Virus record (IMG/VR): IMGVR_UViG_3300029705_000072
DNA: 42,995 nt
Strand: one strand, 5' to 3'
DNA from: a virus
Lineage: Duplodnaviria > Heunggongvirae > Uroviricota > Caudoviricetes
A model generated the notes under the pieces. The model ran no database searches and was not told the DNA's origin. It worked only from the letters and a program-made list of their open reading frames with translations. The translations under genes and the position numbers were made by a program. Below, piece by piece: positions 29,573 to 38,310 of the stretch. The first letter of the stretch is position 1. Each line of letters starts with the position of its first letter.

Positions 29573-30645
29573 TAGTTGTCGCTAACCCCGCCAAAGATAT
29601 TATCGAAGAATGATTCGTCGTCTTCGTCTGCGTATTCGGGACGCTCGACTCTAAGACGCTCGATTTCTCTTTCGTAGGCAGCACTATATGTGTTGTTTAT
29701 CTTAAGCATCTTACAAAGATGTCCTAAAAACCAAACGGATATGTAATGAATGATTCCGTCCACATCCTTCAGTTCTGGATCGGGTTCTGGGATAGGACGA
29801 AGATTTTCCCATCTTCGTACCCATTCACCAAATGGAGTGTTGTCATACACACCATCAGCATCCGAACGTTTCTGATTTGGCTTTAGATTCAAACTGCCAA
29901 GCAGGTTATTTAGCATAGAGATGTTTTTATCAACAGCCTTTCCAGCTGCGGCGTCTCTAGCAATCGTCACTTCCAAAAGGCAGATATTCTTATAGAGTGT
30001 TTTCTGAGCCAGGTCGAGACCGTCAGATTCCTTTGTCCACTCTTCGTATCTGCGTTCAAGGTCTACATAGACATCTGGGGCGAAACCGGATCCCCAGAAA
30101 TCTACTGTTTTTGGATCTATTTCGGCAGACTTTCTGGCGATTTCTGCAGCCTCATCACTCAGTCCAATAAATTGAGCGGAGTTGATGGCATCGGCTCCGA
30201 GGGAAGCAGCGGCCTCTGCGGCAGCAACAGCTTCCTCTTTTAGGGTGTCGTCATATGTCTTGTCGATAAACTTATTTATGTTAAGCTTAGAAATATAGTT
30301 GCGAACCTTTGAGTTCACACCGGCTGAACGCATTGCCGATTCAAATAACGTATCAGACCAGTATAGGTCTAACTTCATACACACGCGCTTCATCGCATCT
30401 CTTTGCGATCCGAGGATGCGGGTGTAGTTTTCAAATAGTTCGTCCACGCAGTTTGCACAAAAGGGTATATAACCAGAGCCTCGATACATTGGGCTATGGC
30501 TCACAGGAAAGTAACCCTTTTGGCGACTGAAACCGGCTCCACACCTGCAGCAGTAAAACCGAGTGGTGGACTTTGGTCTATCAGTAACTACGTCGACGGG
30601 TACCTCTCTGACCTTCGATAGTGTTTTCTTGCGCGTGGTACCCAT
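29572..30645 (-). CDS. Terminase small subunit-like (YonG-like, Zn finger)
   Basis: CCRC...CANC; TAATG-type coupling to terL; synteny. Confidence 0.65.
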   Translation of the reverse strand: MGTTRKKTLSKVREVPVDVVTDRPKSTTRFYCCRCGAGFSRQKGYFPVSHSPMYRGSGYIPFCANCVDELFENYTRILGSQRDAMKRVCMKLDLYWSDTLFESAMRSAGVNSKVRNYISKLNINKFIDKTYDDTLKEEAVAAAEAAASLGADAINSAQFIGLSDEAAEIARKSAEIDPKTVDFWGSGFAPDVYVDLERRYEEWTKESDGLDLAQKTLYKNICLLEVTIARDAAAGKAVDKNISMLNNLLGSLNLKPNQKRSDADGVYDNTPFGEWVRRWENLRPIPEPDPELKDVDGIIHYISVWFLGHLCKMLKINNTYSAAYEREIERLRVERPEYADEDDESFFDNIFGGVSDN

Positions 30646-30646
30646 A

Positions 30647-31000
30647 CTAGATCACCGCATCTTCTTCGTCATCGATGATTCCTGCAACTTCTGCGTCGTA
30701 TTTATTCAGATCGCCTTCAAACATCTTTACTTCTCTCTTCATCTGAGTGAAGGGGTAGAAGCGGGGGACATAGTGGGGTGGAATCTGAATAGGCTCACCG
30801 GTAATGGGGTGGGGGCAGCTTCTTGCAGCCCTTTCGACGATTTCAAAACTACCGAAGCCGGAGAGATGTACGGCGTTTCCTTTGCGCAGATTCTCCAGAA
30901 TAATGGTTGTGAAGTCATCAATCAGTTCAATGGCACTTTTCTTGGTGTACCCAAAGCGTTCGCGCATCTGATCAACTAAAATGTCTTTTGTAACTTTCAT
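30647..31000 (-). CDS. hup: HU family DNA-binding protein (YonN-like)
   Basis: V.LSGFGSFEIVERAAR..HPITGE.IQIP...PRF.P; extra acidic tail. Confidence 0.9.
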   Translation of the reverse strand: MKVTKDILVDQMRERFGYTKKSAIELIDDFTTIILENLRKGNAVHLSGFGSFEIVERAARSCPHPITGEPIQIPPHYVPRFYPFTQMKREVKMFEGDLNKYDAEVAGIIDDEEDAVI

Positions 31001-31023
31001 CCTTTTATACCGTCCTTTTAATC

Positions 31024-32052
31024 CTATAGGTCTGATAGACCTTTCTTTTCCGGAGTACTAATGTCTCCGTCCTTAAAATACATGCTGATTTGCTCGTCAG
31101 CGTCGATATCTGTATACACCTTGACCATATCAACGCTATCCCAGGCTACTATCTGTGCGATTACGCTATCTGGGATTCCTGCGCGAACAAGGTTTGATGT
31201 ATAAAAATGTCTGAGACTGTGTGCGTAAAAGTCTCTGCCTGTCATTCGGCTAAAGGTCTCTGCCCAACTATTGAAGGTGGAGATAGGAACTTGCTCAGAA
31301 GGGGAGTCCTTCTTAAAGAACAACCACTCGCTTTCAATACCTAGTTCTTTTCGTTGTTCCATCCATCTATCAAAATAAGGCTTAAATCTTTTGGCAAGCG
31401 TATAGCACGGCACGAACTTACCGCCACCGCGCCCCTTTGTCTGAATGGGATCGCTCTTATACAAAGCTCCGTCGCACACAAGCTTATCTTCACCAAAGTC
31501 AGACACTCTGAATCTGGATAGTTCAGATTTTCTTCTGCCGCTATACATAGCAAGTGCTACGTAGCACGCCTTCTCATGCTCACCACGTTCGGCAAGTTTG
31601 TTCAGAAGTTCGTTTAGCTCGTCTTCCTCCCAAACGGTCTTTTCTCTTACAGCGCGTAGCGCAGGATTCTCTATCTTTCTTACGATAGATCTGAACCCCT
31701 CGAACTCTGGTTCGGAATCCAGAATATTTTCGATGTAGTTAGAGAGGCTTGATATTGCAGACTTAATGCGTCTGATTCTGGCCGGTGAGTTTTCGTTTTC
31801 GTTCACGAGCCATGTTTGGAAAGAAACGAGATCTCTTTTGGTTACCTTCGCAAAATCCTTGTTGCCTAACTTTTAGAGGCAGAAAACAAAGAAAATATCA
31901 AGGTCATTAGAGTAGCCGACAATTGTTCCTTGGCTACGCTGAAGTGATTTTAAGTAGTCAAGAAAGTCGTTTTTCAGCCGTACATTCTCCGGGTTGATTT
32001 GTGCAATAAGCTCCGGAGATGTCAGTGTGTTCATCTTAGTTTTTCTTGGCAC
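31024..32052 (-). pseudogene. Tyrosine recombinase (342 codons) with in-frame TAA at codon 60 (31873-31875)
   Basis: SD GAAAGGA + GTG 32052; same frame continues past TAA (FCL*KLGNK); catalytic GRRKSE, HSLRH, VKVY intact; real mutation vs sequence error unresolved. Confidence 0.75.
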
Positions 32053-32073
32053 AAAAAATCTTCCTTTCGTTTA

Positions 32074-32148
32074 TGGTGAGGATAGCGGGGATCGAACCCG
32101 CGCCGCCGCCGTGAAAGAGCGGTGTCTTAGCCACTTGACTATATCCTC
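32074..32148 (-). tRNA. trnE: tRNA-Glu (UUC), 75 nt, CCA encoded
   Basis: Acceptor GAGGATA/TATCCTC; D GTC/GAC; anticodon arm CCGCT-CTTTCAC-GGCGG; T arm GCGGG-TTCGATC-CCCGC. Confidence 0.95.
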
Positions 32149-32153
32149 AAATT

Positions 32154-32180
32154 AAAAAAGGGCCCTCATCAAGAGAGCCC
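32154..32180 (-). terminator. Intrinsic terminator after phosphoesterase gene
   Basis: GGGCTCTC-TTGAT-GAGGGCCC-TTTTTT. Confidence 0.8.
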
Positions 32181-32187
32181 ATAGGCT

Positions 32188-33399
32188 TTATTCGCATTTT
32201 AAATGATATTCGGCATCTACGCCGCGTCCGTAATCCATGATTAGCAGTAGCTGCTCAGGATCGGAAAACAGTCTTTTGTCGTTAGCATAATCATCCGAGC
32301 CGCAAAGAGACCCACAGATCATGCTGGTGATTCCGAACTCTTCGTAAACTTCTCTGTGGTGTTTGTCCGCCAGAAGAATGTAGTCTATCTTCTTGCCGAA
32401 TTTACGCTGGAATAGTGTAGGGAGGACTCTTGCAGATACCCTTACGTTGTCATTATCTCCGTGACTTGCGCAAATCCCGCTTCCGCAAATATCCATCTGC
32501 AGGAACTCATTATCACTTTCATCCATTACAACTATTGAAGGAATACCCGCCAGTCTCCACTTAAGCCACCAGGGAATAAGTCTTTCGATATTGTCTCTAT
32601 GAATACTATCCTTCTTGTTCTGGACCGTTCTTCCGTGGTTACCGTATGTCATATGTACTTGTACGCTTCCGACGCTTCTGCTAAGTTCCGCTATTGCCTG
32701 TGCGAGCAGCTCGGACACTTGCATGATTTGGTCGGCAACCAGTTCCTCTGATGCTACTCTTGCACTGGTGTGAATTGATCCGTGGAATAAATCTCCGAGA
32801 ACGACAATATGCAGCGTCGAGCATTCATGCAGCTTGATACGAGCTGACGCATCTGCCACAATCTGGTTTACTCTGCGCTTGCATATATCTGTGTCGAATG
32901 AGTTCCAGGCGTTGTCTACGACCATGCCATAATGCCAGTCGCACAGTACGAGCACGGCCTCTTTGTCATCATCCCACGAGTGTACACAATCTGAATCTAT
33001 TGCCAAGCCAATTGTCTCGTTCAGGTTTGTGGCTGCCTCGTATAGTCTGTCAGCGATATGCTCAAATCGTCCCTCACTCGCAACTAGTTTATTAAACTCT
33101 CTGCGCTGGTCGAAGAATTTCTGCTTTTCTTTCCGCAGTCCGATGATTTGGTTTTCGATTTCAGAACGCATATCTCCTTCGGGAATGCCTTTCTGAAACT
33201 CTTTGTCGAGTGCCTGCATTGTTTTACAGCTACCGTACATCATTTTTCTTGCCGCATCAGAGCTGTAGGGTTGTCCGTAGATAATCTCAGCAATCTCTGA
33301 GTAATCTACGTCCTGAAGTGTTTTATCTAAAAGCTTGCCGTAAACCAGTCTCTTGTGATAAGCCAGGTCGGTTTCGCCTTGCAGTTTTTGTAGTGACAT
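32188..33399 (-). CDS. Calcineurin-like metallophosphoesterase (YonJ-like)
   Basis: DWH, GDLFHG, GNHG, SHGD, ADKHH motifs; N-terminal helical region. Confidence 0.85.
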   Translation of the reverse strand: MSLQKLQGETDLAYHKRLVYGKLLDKTLQDVDYSEIAEIIYGQPYSSDAARKMMYGSCKTMQALDKEFQKGIPEGDMRSEIENQIIGLRKEKQKFFDQRREFNKLVASEGRFEHIADRLYEAATNLNETIGLAIDSDCVHSWDDDKEAVLVLCDWHYGMVVDNAWNSFDTDICKRRVNQIVADASARIKLHECSTLHIVVLGDLFHGSIHTSARVASEELVADQIMQVSELLAQAIAELSRSVGSVQVHMTYGNHGRTVQNKKDSIHRDNIERLIPWWLKWRLAGIPSIVVMDESDNEFLQMDICGSGICASHGDNDNVRVSARVLPTLFQRKFGKKIDYILLADKHHREVYEEFGITSMICGSLCGSDDYANDKRLFSDPEQLLLIMDYGRGVDAEYHLKCE

Positions 33400-33497
33400 A
33401 ATAATCTCCTTTTATTCCTGCTCGAAAATACCGACGCCTATGGCTGAAAAATGATCGAGCGTATTATACTTCATTCATTACTACACCACATCAAACA

Positions 33498-33532
33498 CCC
33501 CTCAAACCGTTGCAATTACTGGGTTTGAGGGG
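33498..33532. terminator. 11-bp inverted repeat, terminator (strong T tail on + strand)
   Basis: cccctcaaacc-N13-ggtttgagggg then tttatttttttt. Confidence 0.6.
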
Positions 33533-33551
33533 GTTTATTTTTTTCAACAGT

Positions 33552-34322
33552 TTAGTTTTTTAAAAGTTCACGATGTCGCATAACCGAGTTGATTCTCTGC
33601 TTTGTTCCGACTTCGACGGCGCAAGCCGGGCAGTACTTCTGGTGTCTACCCTTTGATTGATCACGTCTCTTCAATGTTATACCGCAGTTCTCACACTCAA
33701 AATACTCACCAAGTCCGTAATACTTGTGGTACTGGTGACCCAGGTTTCGGAAGTCGCTTATATGTAATTCGGTTTCATCGTCGCCCATGAAGAGCACCTG
33801 CACATTAAGGTTGTCAATCTTCTTGGAGAACTTTATGAAACCCAGTTCTCTCAGCTCGTTAAACATGAGCCCCTGACGCTTGATTGACGTGTTGATGTTT
33901 GCCATCTGCATGATTTCGTTATCCGGAGTGTTTACCCAGTGGTTGTTTTTCTCGGACGCAGCGTCCCAATACTTCGCCACACACAGCAGCGTAAACGCAA
34001 GCCTGCGGAGCTGAATGCCATCCAACATGCTTATCTTTTCCAGTTCACTCTTGGTAATGTTCACTCCGTCCAACTGAATGCACGGGTACTTTATTGAATT
34101 CTTTGCAATACGGTCTAGCGTATCGGACCAATGCACTAGTGATGCATTCGGATCGCATTGAAGTAGGAAGGAATCCAAAAGGCTTCTAACTTCTTTCTTG
34201 CTGTACTGATTCTCGTAGTAGTATTTAGCAACACGATTAAGTGTCTCTGTTGGTTTGCGACCAAGGTCGCGATTGTCTATCATGGCTTCCGCCCATTCAT
34301 ATTCGTTAAGAACTATACTCAT
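33552..34322 (-). CDS. Hypothetical protein with winged-helix-like segment and C-terminal Zn finger
   Basis: CENC...YCPAC; TAATG-coupled to RNAP stop. Confidence 0.75.
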   Translation of the reverse strand: MSIVLNEYEWAEAMIDNRDLGRKPTETLNRVAKYYYENQYSKKEVRSLLDSFLLQCDPNASLVHWSDTLDRIAKNSIKYPCIQLDGVNITKSELEKISMLDGIQLRRLAFTLLCVAKYWDAASEKNNHWVNTPDNEIMQMANINTSIKRQGLMFNELRELGFIKFSKKIDNLNVQVLFMGDDETELHISDFRNLGHQYHKYYGLGEYFECENCGITLKRRDQSKGRHQKYCPACAVEVGTKQRINSVMRHRELLKN

Positions 34323-35425
34323 TAAATCTCTCCCATTTTTACCGTCTTTAGACTAAATCTTTCGCCACCAAAGTAAATGTCTCCGTCTGGATCCATGGTG
34401 GGGAAGGTTATCTCGTTGTTATTTCTATCAAGCAGCGCTTCGATGATTTCATCTCCACAAATCTCCCAGGCAAAACGCTTTGTGCCGTTGCGTCCGTAGC
34501 AGAGATCAAGAATTATGTTACAAAGAGCATATCTATTGGTGCAAATTTTGTTACACTCCTGTATGAACTCGTTTCGCATATCCACTAACTTCTGATAGGA
34601 TTCGTCGGCTTCCAAGCGTTCGTAATTGGCGAACACCGCATAGCTTCTAAGTCTCTTACTATACCCCTCGTACAAACGCATTATGGCGCTGTACTGACTC
34701 TTGCTATATTCGGCGTCGTTCTTCATGATTGTGTAATCGAACTCAACAGATGCATTTCTGCGTCCAAGATATCTATCGAACTCTCTTTCAAACCGTCGGC
34801 ATATGCGGTTCATAACACAATTGTTTGTGCTTACCGGCATACTGCTGTTGTAATACCGTATAAACTCGCGCTGTCTTTCGGTTAAATTCTCTGGCGGAAT
34901 CGCCATCAGCTCTTCCACGTTCATCTGGAATTCTCTGATTGCGTTCTTGTTCGTGTTCTTTATGTATGTGTTGTACTGCTTCATGAGAGCAGGGTATATG
35001 ATTCGCATAAAGTACGGCTTCTTATCCGCAACAATCTTTTGATAGAAATGTCGTTTCTCTGGATCTTCGATTTTGTTTGCTGCATGACGGTCGTGCCATT
35101 CCTTTGGCATGGGCTGTGCTATAATGCCTTTTGCCTTGTCGATCGCGTTCTGCTGAAAAAGCTGACCGCATTTAATTCTGTAATCCAGCTCGTTATACTC
35201 AGGGCTTCCTTTTTCGTACTGTGCTTGCACGTCGAACATGGAAGTGATCCAATTTGTTGTCTTGCCGATATCGTCACCGAAACTTGCCATATTCGAGGAG
35301 ATCAAATGGTCTTCGGTTACGATTACTTTCTTTGCTTTGCGCTGAACGCACATGATTGCGGGTAGTTCTTTTAGATTTCTCACCAAAACATCATTGTCGG
35401 TGAGCATAACTAGATCCCCGTCTTT
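34322..35425 (-). CDS. yonO: YonO-like single-chain RNA polymerase, exon 2
   Basis: Starts AAA GAC GGG GAT (KDGD) right after intron terminal G; 367 aa to stop. Confidence 0.88.
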   Translation of the reverse strand, partial: KDGDLVMLTDNDVLVRNLKELPAIMCVQRKAKKVIVTEDHLISSNMASFGDDIGKTTNWITSMFDVQAQYEKGSPEYNELDYRIKCGQLFQQNAIDKAKGIIAQPMPKEWHDRHAANKIEDPEKRHFYQKIVADKKPYFMRIIYPALMKQYNTYIKNTNKNAIREFQMNVEELMAIPPENLTERQREFIRYYNSSMPVSTNNCVMNRICRRFEREFDRYLGRRNASVEFDYTIMKNDAEYSKSQYSAIMRLYEGYSKRLRSYAVFANYERLEADESYQKLVDMRNEFIQECNKICTNRYALCNIILDLCYGRNGTKRFAWEICGDEIIEALLDRNNNEITFPTMDPDGDIYFGGERFSLKTVKMGEI

Positions 35426-36443
35426 CCTTAATACCACATGTCACCATGTGGAGTAGACTATCTCATAACGTCACTATGTGACGTCCTGGGCGCTTCCCGC
35501 CCTGGAATCTCACCAGGACAGTACCCGGTTCATCGGCGTGCCATTCGGTTTAGCCTGTATCCGGTAGTCGTTACACCTTACCACTAGTTTCCCAGCGGTC
35601 TTGGCACGGTATTGTCTGTATTATGTCTATTCAAAACGAAATCTGTATCCAAGATACATTGTGTTGTTTTTAGCGGCTCTTGAAATATGAGCAGATACAT
35701 TATATGGGTGCCTAGACATAGTTGCCCCAGAAGAAATAAGGTGCTCTGCACACTCTTTTATGTACCCGAAACTTATTTCGGTACCGTCGCTAGTTATCAT
35801 TGTAACTGGAGTAGATCGTCCGTTCTTGATTCCTGGCCTTGATTGCTTCTGAATGGACAGTTCGCGGTTCTCTGCGTACTTTTTATGTAGAACGCTATTG
35901 CCGTAATTTGGATTATTCTTGCCAGCCATCGGCCTTGTTTGTGTTACATGTCTTTGATGTGACATTGTATGGTGGATATTTTCAATGCGCGTTGTCCACT
36001 CTAGATTACTCGGCGTATTGTTTAGTCTATTGAAATCTATGTGATTGACTTCTGCGCCGCAAAAATATCCGTCGAGGTAAGTAAGCGCAACGAGCCTATG
36101 AACAAAAAATTCCTTGCGATGGCCATTTTTTGAAAGGCGAACTTTTGCATATCCGTCGTCATTGATTACTTGCTTAATAATACGACCTTTTCTTACGGCA
36201 CTCTGTCCGTCCGATCTTGTTACGAGTCGATCAACGCCAGATACTACTCCAGTGTCGCTTATCTGATACCACCCCTCGTATCCGGGTATATCTTTCCAGA
36301 CCATACCAACACCTCCTTTCTATAATAGTTGAATAGATTGTTGTTTACAGATTTTTACCGTTAGCGGCCTCGCGGCCACACCCTGCATGTGCAAGTTCAC
36401 CCAGTTTTCACTACGCCATCACTGGCGTAGGCGACAAATGTTT
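35426..36443 (-). mobile_element. Group I intron (1018 nt) with homing endonuclease, in RNAP active-site codons
   Basis: P1 CGAU|AA with UUGUCG; P3 CUGGGUG/CGCCCAG; P4 ACGGU/ACCGU flanking the ORF; P7 GACUA/UAGUC; P9 CCACAUG-GUGA-CAUGUGG; terminal G 35426. Confidence 0.92.
35627..36304 (-). CDS. Intron-encoded NUMOD4-HNH homing endonuclease
   Basis: WKDIPGYEGWYQIS (NUMOD4); VHRLVA...VNHIDFNRLNN..NLEWTT..EN (HNH); NUMOD1-like C-terminus; SD AAGGAGGTG. Confidence 0.92.
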   Translation of the reverse strand: MVWKDIPGYEGWYQISDTGVVSGVDRLVTRSDGQSAVRKGRIIKQVINDDGYAKVRLSKNGHRKEFFVHRLVALTYLDGYFCGAEVNHIDFNRLNNTPSNLEWTTRIENIHHTMSHQRHVTQTRPMAGKNNPNYGNSVLHKKYAENRELSIQKQSRPGIKNGRSTPVTMITSDGTEISFGYIKECAEHLISSGATMSRHPYNVSAHISRAAKNNTMYLGYRFRFE

Positions 36444-38069
36444 ATCGGCTCCATTCAGCGCGTGGGCGGCAGTATCCCACGAATTCATAATCGTACACGT
36501 ATTCATGTACTGATACCACTTGCTTGCCTCGTCGCTTCTGTGCGGACGAACAAGCCTAATATTATTGTGGCAGGTCATTGGAGCACGGTAGCACGCGAGC
36601 TTCTCCGCGTTACCCGAGCACCAGTATTCGTTGTAGATTTCTCCCGCCTTCAAAAGTCCGGTAACCTCTAGCCCGAAAATGCTCTGGCAAAGAGAGTAGG
36701 GGTCTCCGGATATGATCGAATAGTTGCCGTGGACTTTAAGTACCCCCACCTTAGCTTCGTCTATTCGATTGCGGATCATATGGAATATCTTTTCCTGTAC
36801 GAAAGAGTCGTTCATCATCTCCGGCTCTATCATGATCGCCTTGATGAAGTCGTTCTGCAGACGGTCTATATTATCCTCGGTCATCCCGAACCCGCGAAGG
36901 AATAGGGCGGTCTTGTTGATGTCCGCGTAGAGCACATCCTTGATTTCGTCCATGGTGGGAGCAATAAGCTCTTCGATATCGTCATCGGTAAGGTCGTAAC
37001 TCTGAATGAACTGGTAGTTTAGAGCACGTTCTTTTTCAAGTTCCTTCGGGCAGGTCTTGGCGACGCCGAACGAATAACCGTTCTCGTGGCAGTTTCTCAG
37101 GTAATCGTCGCAGCTCTCGTAACTATCCCATAACTTCAACATGGAAGTGGTTAGAATCATTTCAACATTTCTAATGTCTACCTCGTTGCCCCAGGCGTCT
37201 CGCACAATATACTCTCCGGCAACCTCTTCGGCAAAGCGGTGGAAGTCAAAGGTGAACACCATTCCTTTTTCCCATGAATTTCTGGTGTTCGCTCCGGCGA
37301 TCATGTAGTCCAGATTAAGTTCACGGCTCCAACGTTCGGCTAGGGCAGGGGCGATAAGTCCATATCCGTCTGATTCATCCAATTCGATATCGTAGTCCTT
37401 CATCTCCTTCATGATTGGTTCGTATGTGCCTTCGTCGTTCAGATAAATAACGTCTGATTTAAATGAGGTCTCACAGTCGTTCACCACCAGAATCCCGTTG
37501 GGATCTGATACCGGTATGGACGCGCTGCAGGTAAGTGCCTTATACGCTTCGAGCTTGGCTGGTACCAGTTCTTTGGAAAGGTCTCTTCCGTTATCTATCC
37601 GCCGTCTGATTTCATCTATATGTCGCTCGCTCACAAACACTATCGTTCTGGTCTTTACACCGCCGTTAGTGCCGAGCAGCCTCTTGTACTTGATGCCGTT
37701 TACGAAGAAACCCAGACACGCTCTCGCGTAGTCCTTATCCTTGTCCATGATTACGCACATATAATCCGGCTTGAACTGCAGTTCATCCAGCTTGGTATAC
37801 AGCGCCTTGACCTGCTTGCGGTTCTTTGGGCTATTGGGTTCCTTACGCAGTCTTTTGATTTCGGACTTGATTTCCCTGGCGGCTTCATCCGCGTCGGTAA
37901 TTCCGTTCAGCTCGTCTAACCATCTTAAAACCTGGCTGTCGGCGAGAGATATAACCTCGTCGTTCTTTCTGGCCTCCGCGATAGGGAGGGTAAGTCTCCA
38001 CTTGGCTTTGCGTAGCCGGCTGCTGTGGAGTTTGAATATATACTTTTGGCACGCTAGTTGTTTAGCCAG
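36444..38069 (-). CDS. yonO: YonO-like single-chain RNA polymerase, exon 1
   Basis: Double-psi-barrel motifs SDGYGLI, R...KG, YRAP; ends NGAD; start placed at CTG 38069 (SD GAGGTG); alternative GTG 38168. Confidence 0.85.
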
Positions 38070-38118
38070 TGCAACCACCTCGCTTTCTTGTTGCACAAAA
38101 AATAAAAAAGACGCGTTT

Positions 38119-38310
38119 TTACTGGTAGATTCCTTCTTGGTATTGGAACCATTCTCTGTAAAATTCACGTCTTTGTGTTTCTATGTAATCGTCCTCGTCG
38201 AATTCTTCGCTCAGCGGACTGAGATATTTACACTCTTCTGCGACCCGGCATAGGTATTCTTCGGGGCAGTCGTAGCATTTACGGCCTCTTGGCTTAATTG
38301 ATTTTCTCAT
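38119..38310 (-). CDS. Small Cys-rich protein (63 aa)
   Basis: SD AAGGAGG, TAATG-coupled to helicase; CYDC...C...C. Confidence 0.75.
   Translation of the reverse strand: MRKSIKPRGRKCYDCPEEYLCRVAEECKYLSPLSEEFDEDDYIETQRREFYREWFQYQEGIYQ

Noticed and set aside
31873-31875. Stop-codon recoding or suppression of TAA by the adjacent tRNA
   Set aside because: TAA ends many genes normally (TAATG couplings); the anticodon is standard UUC, not UUA; no other split genes of this kind seen
32074-32148. tRNA as a prophage attachment site next to an integrase
   Set aside because: Phage genes in conserved order on both sides, no duplicated tRNA 3' end, no host DNA
22915-36443. ORF-track termini KSLRMCAA (MCP), KHLSPTPVMA and MVLR (RNAP)
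   Set aside because: These are translations of intron sequence, not part of the mature proteins
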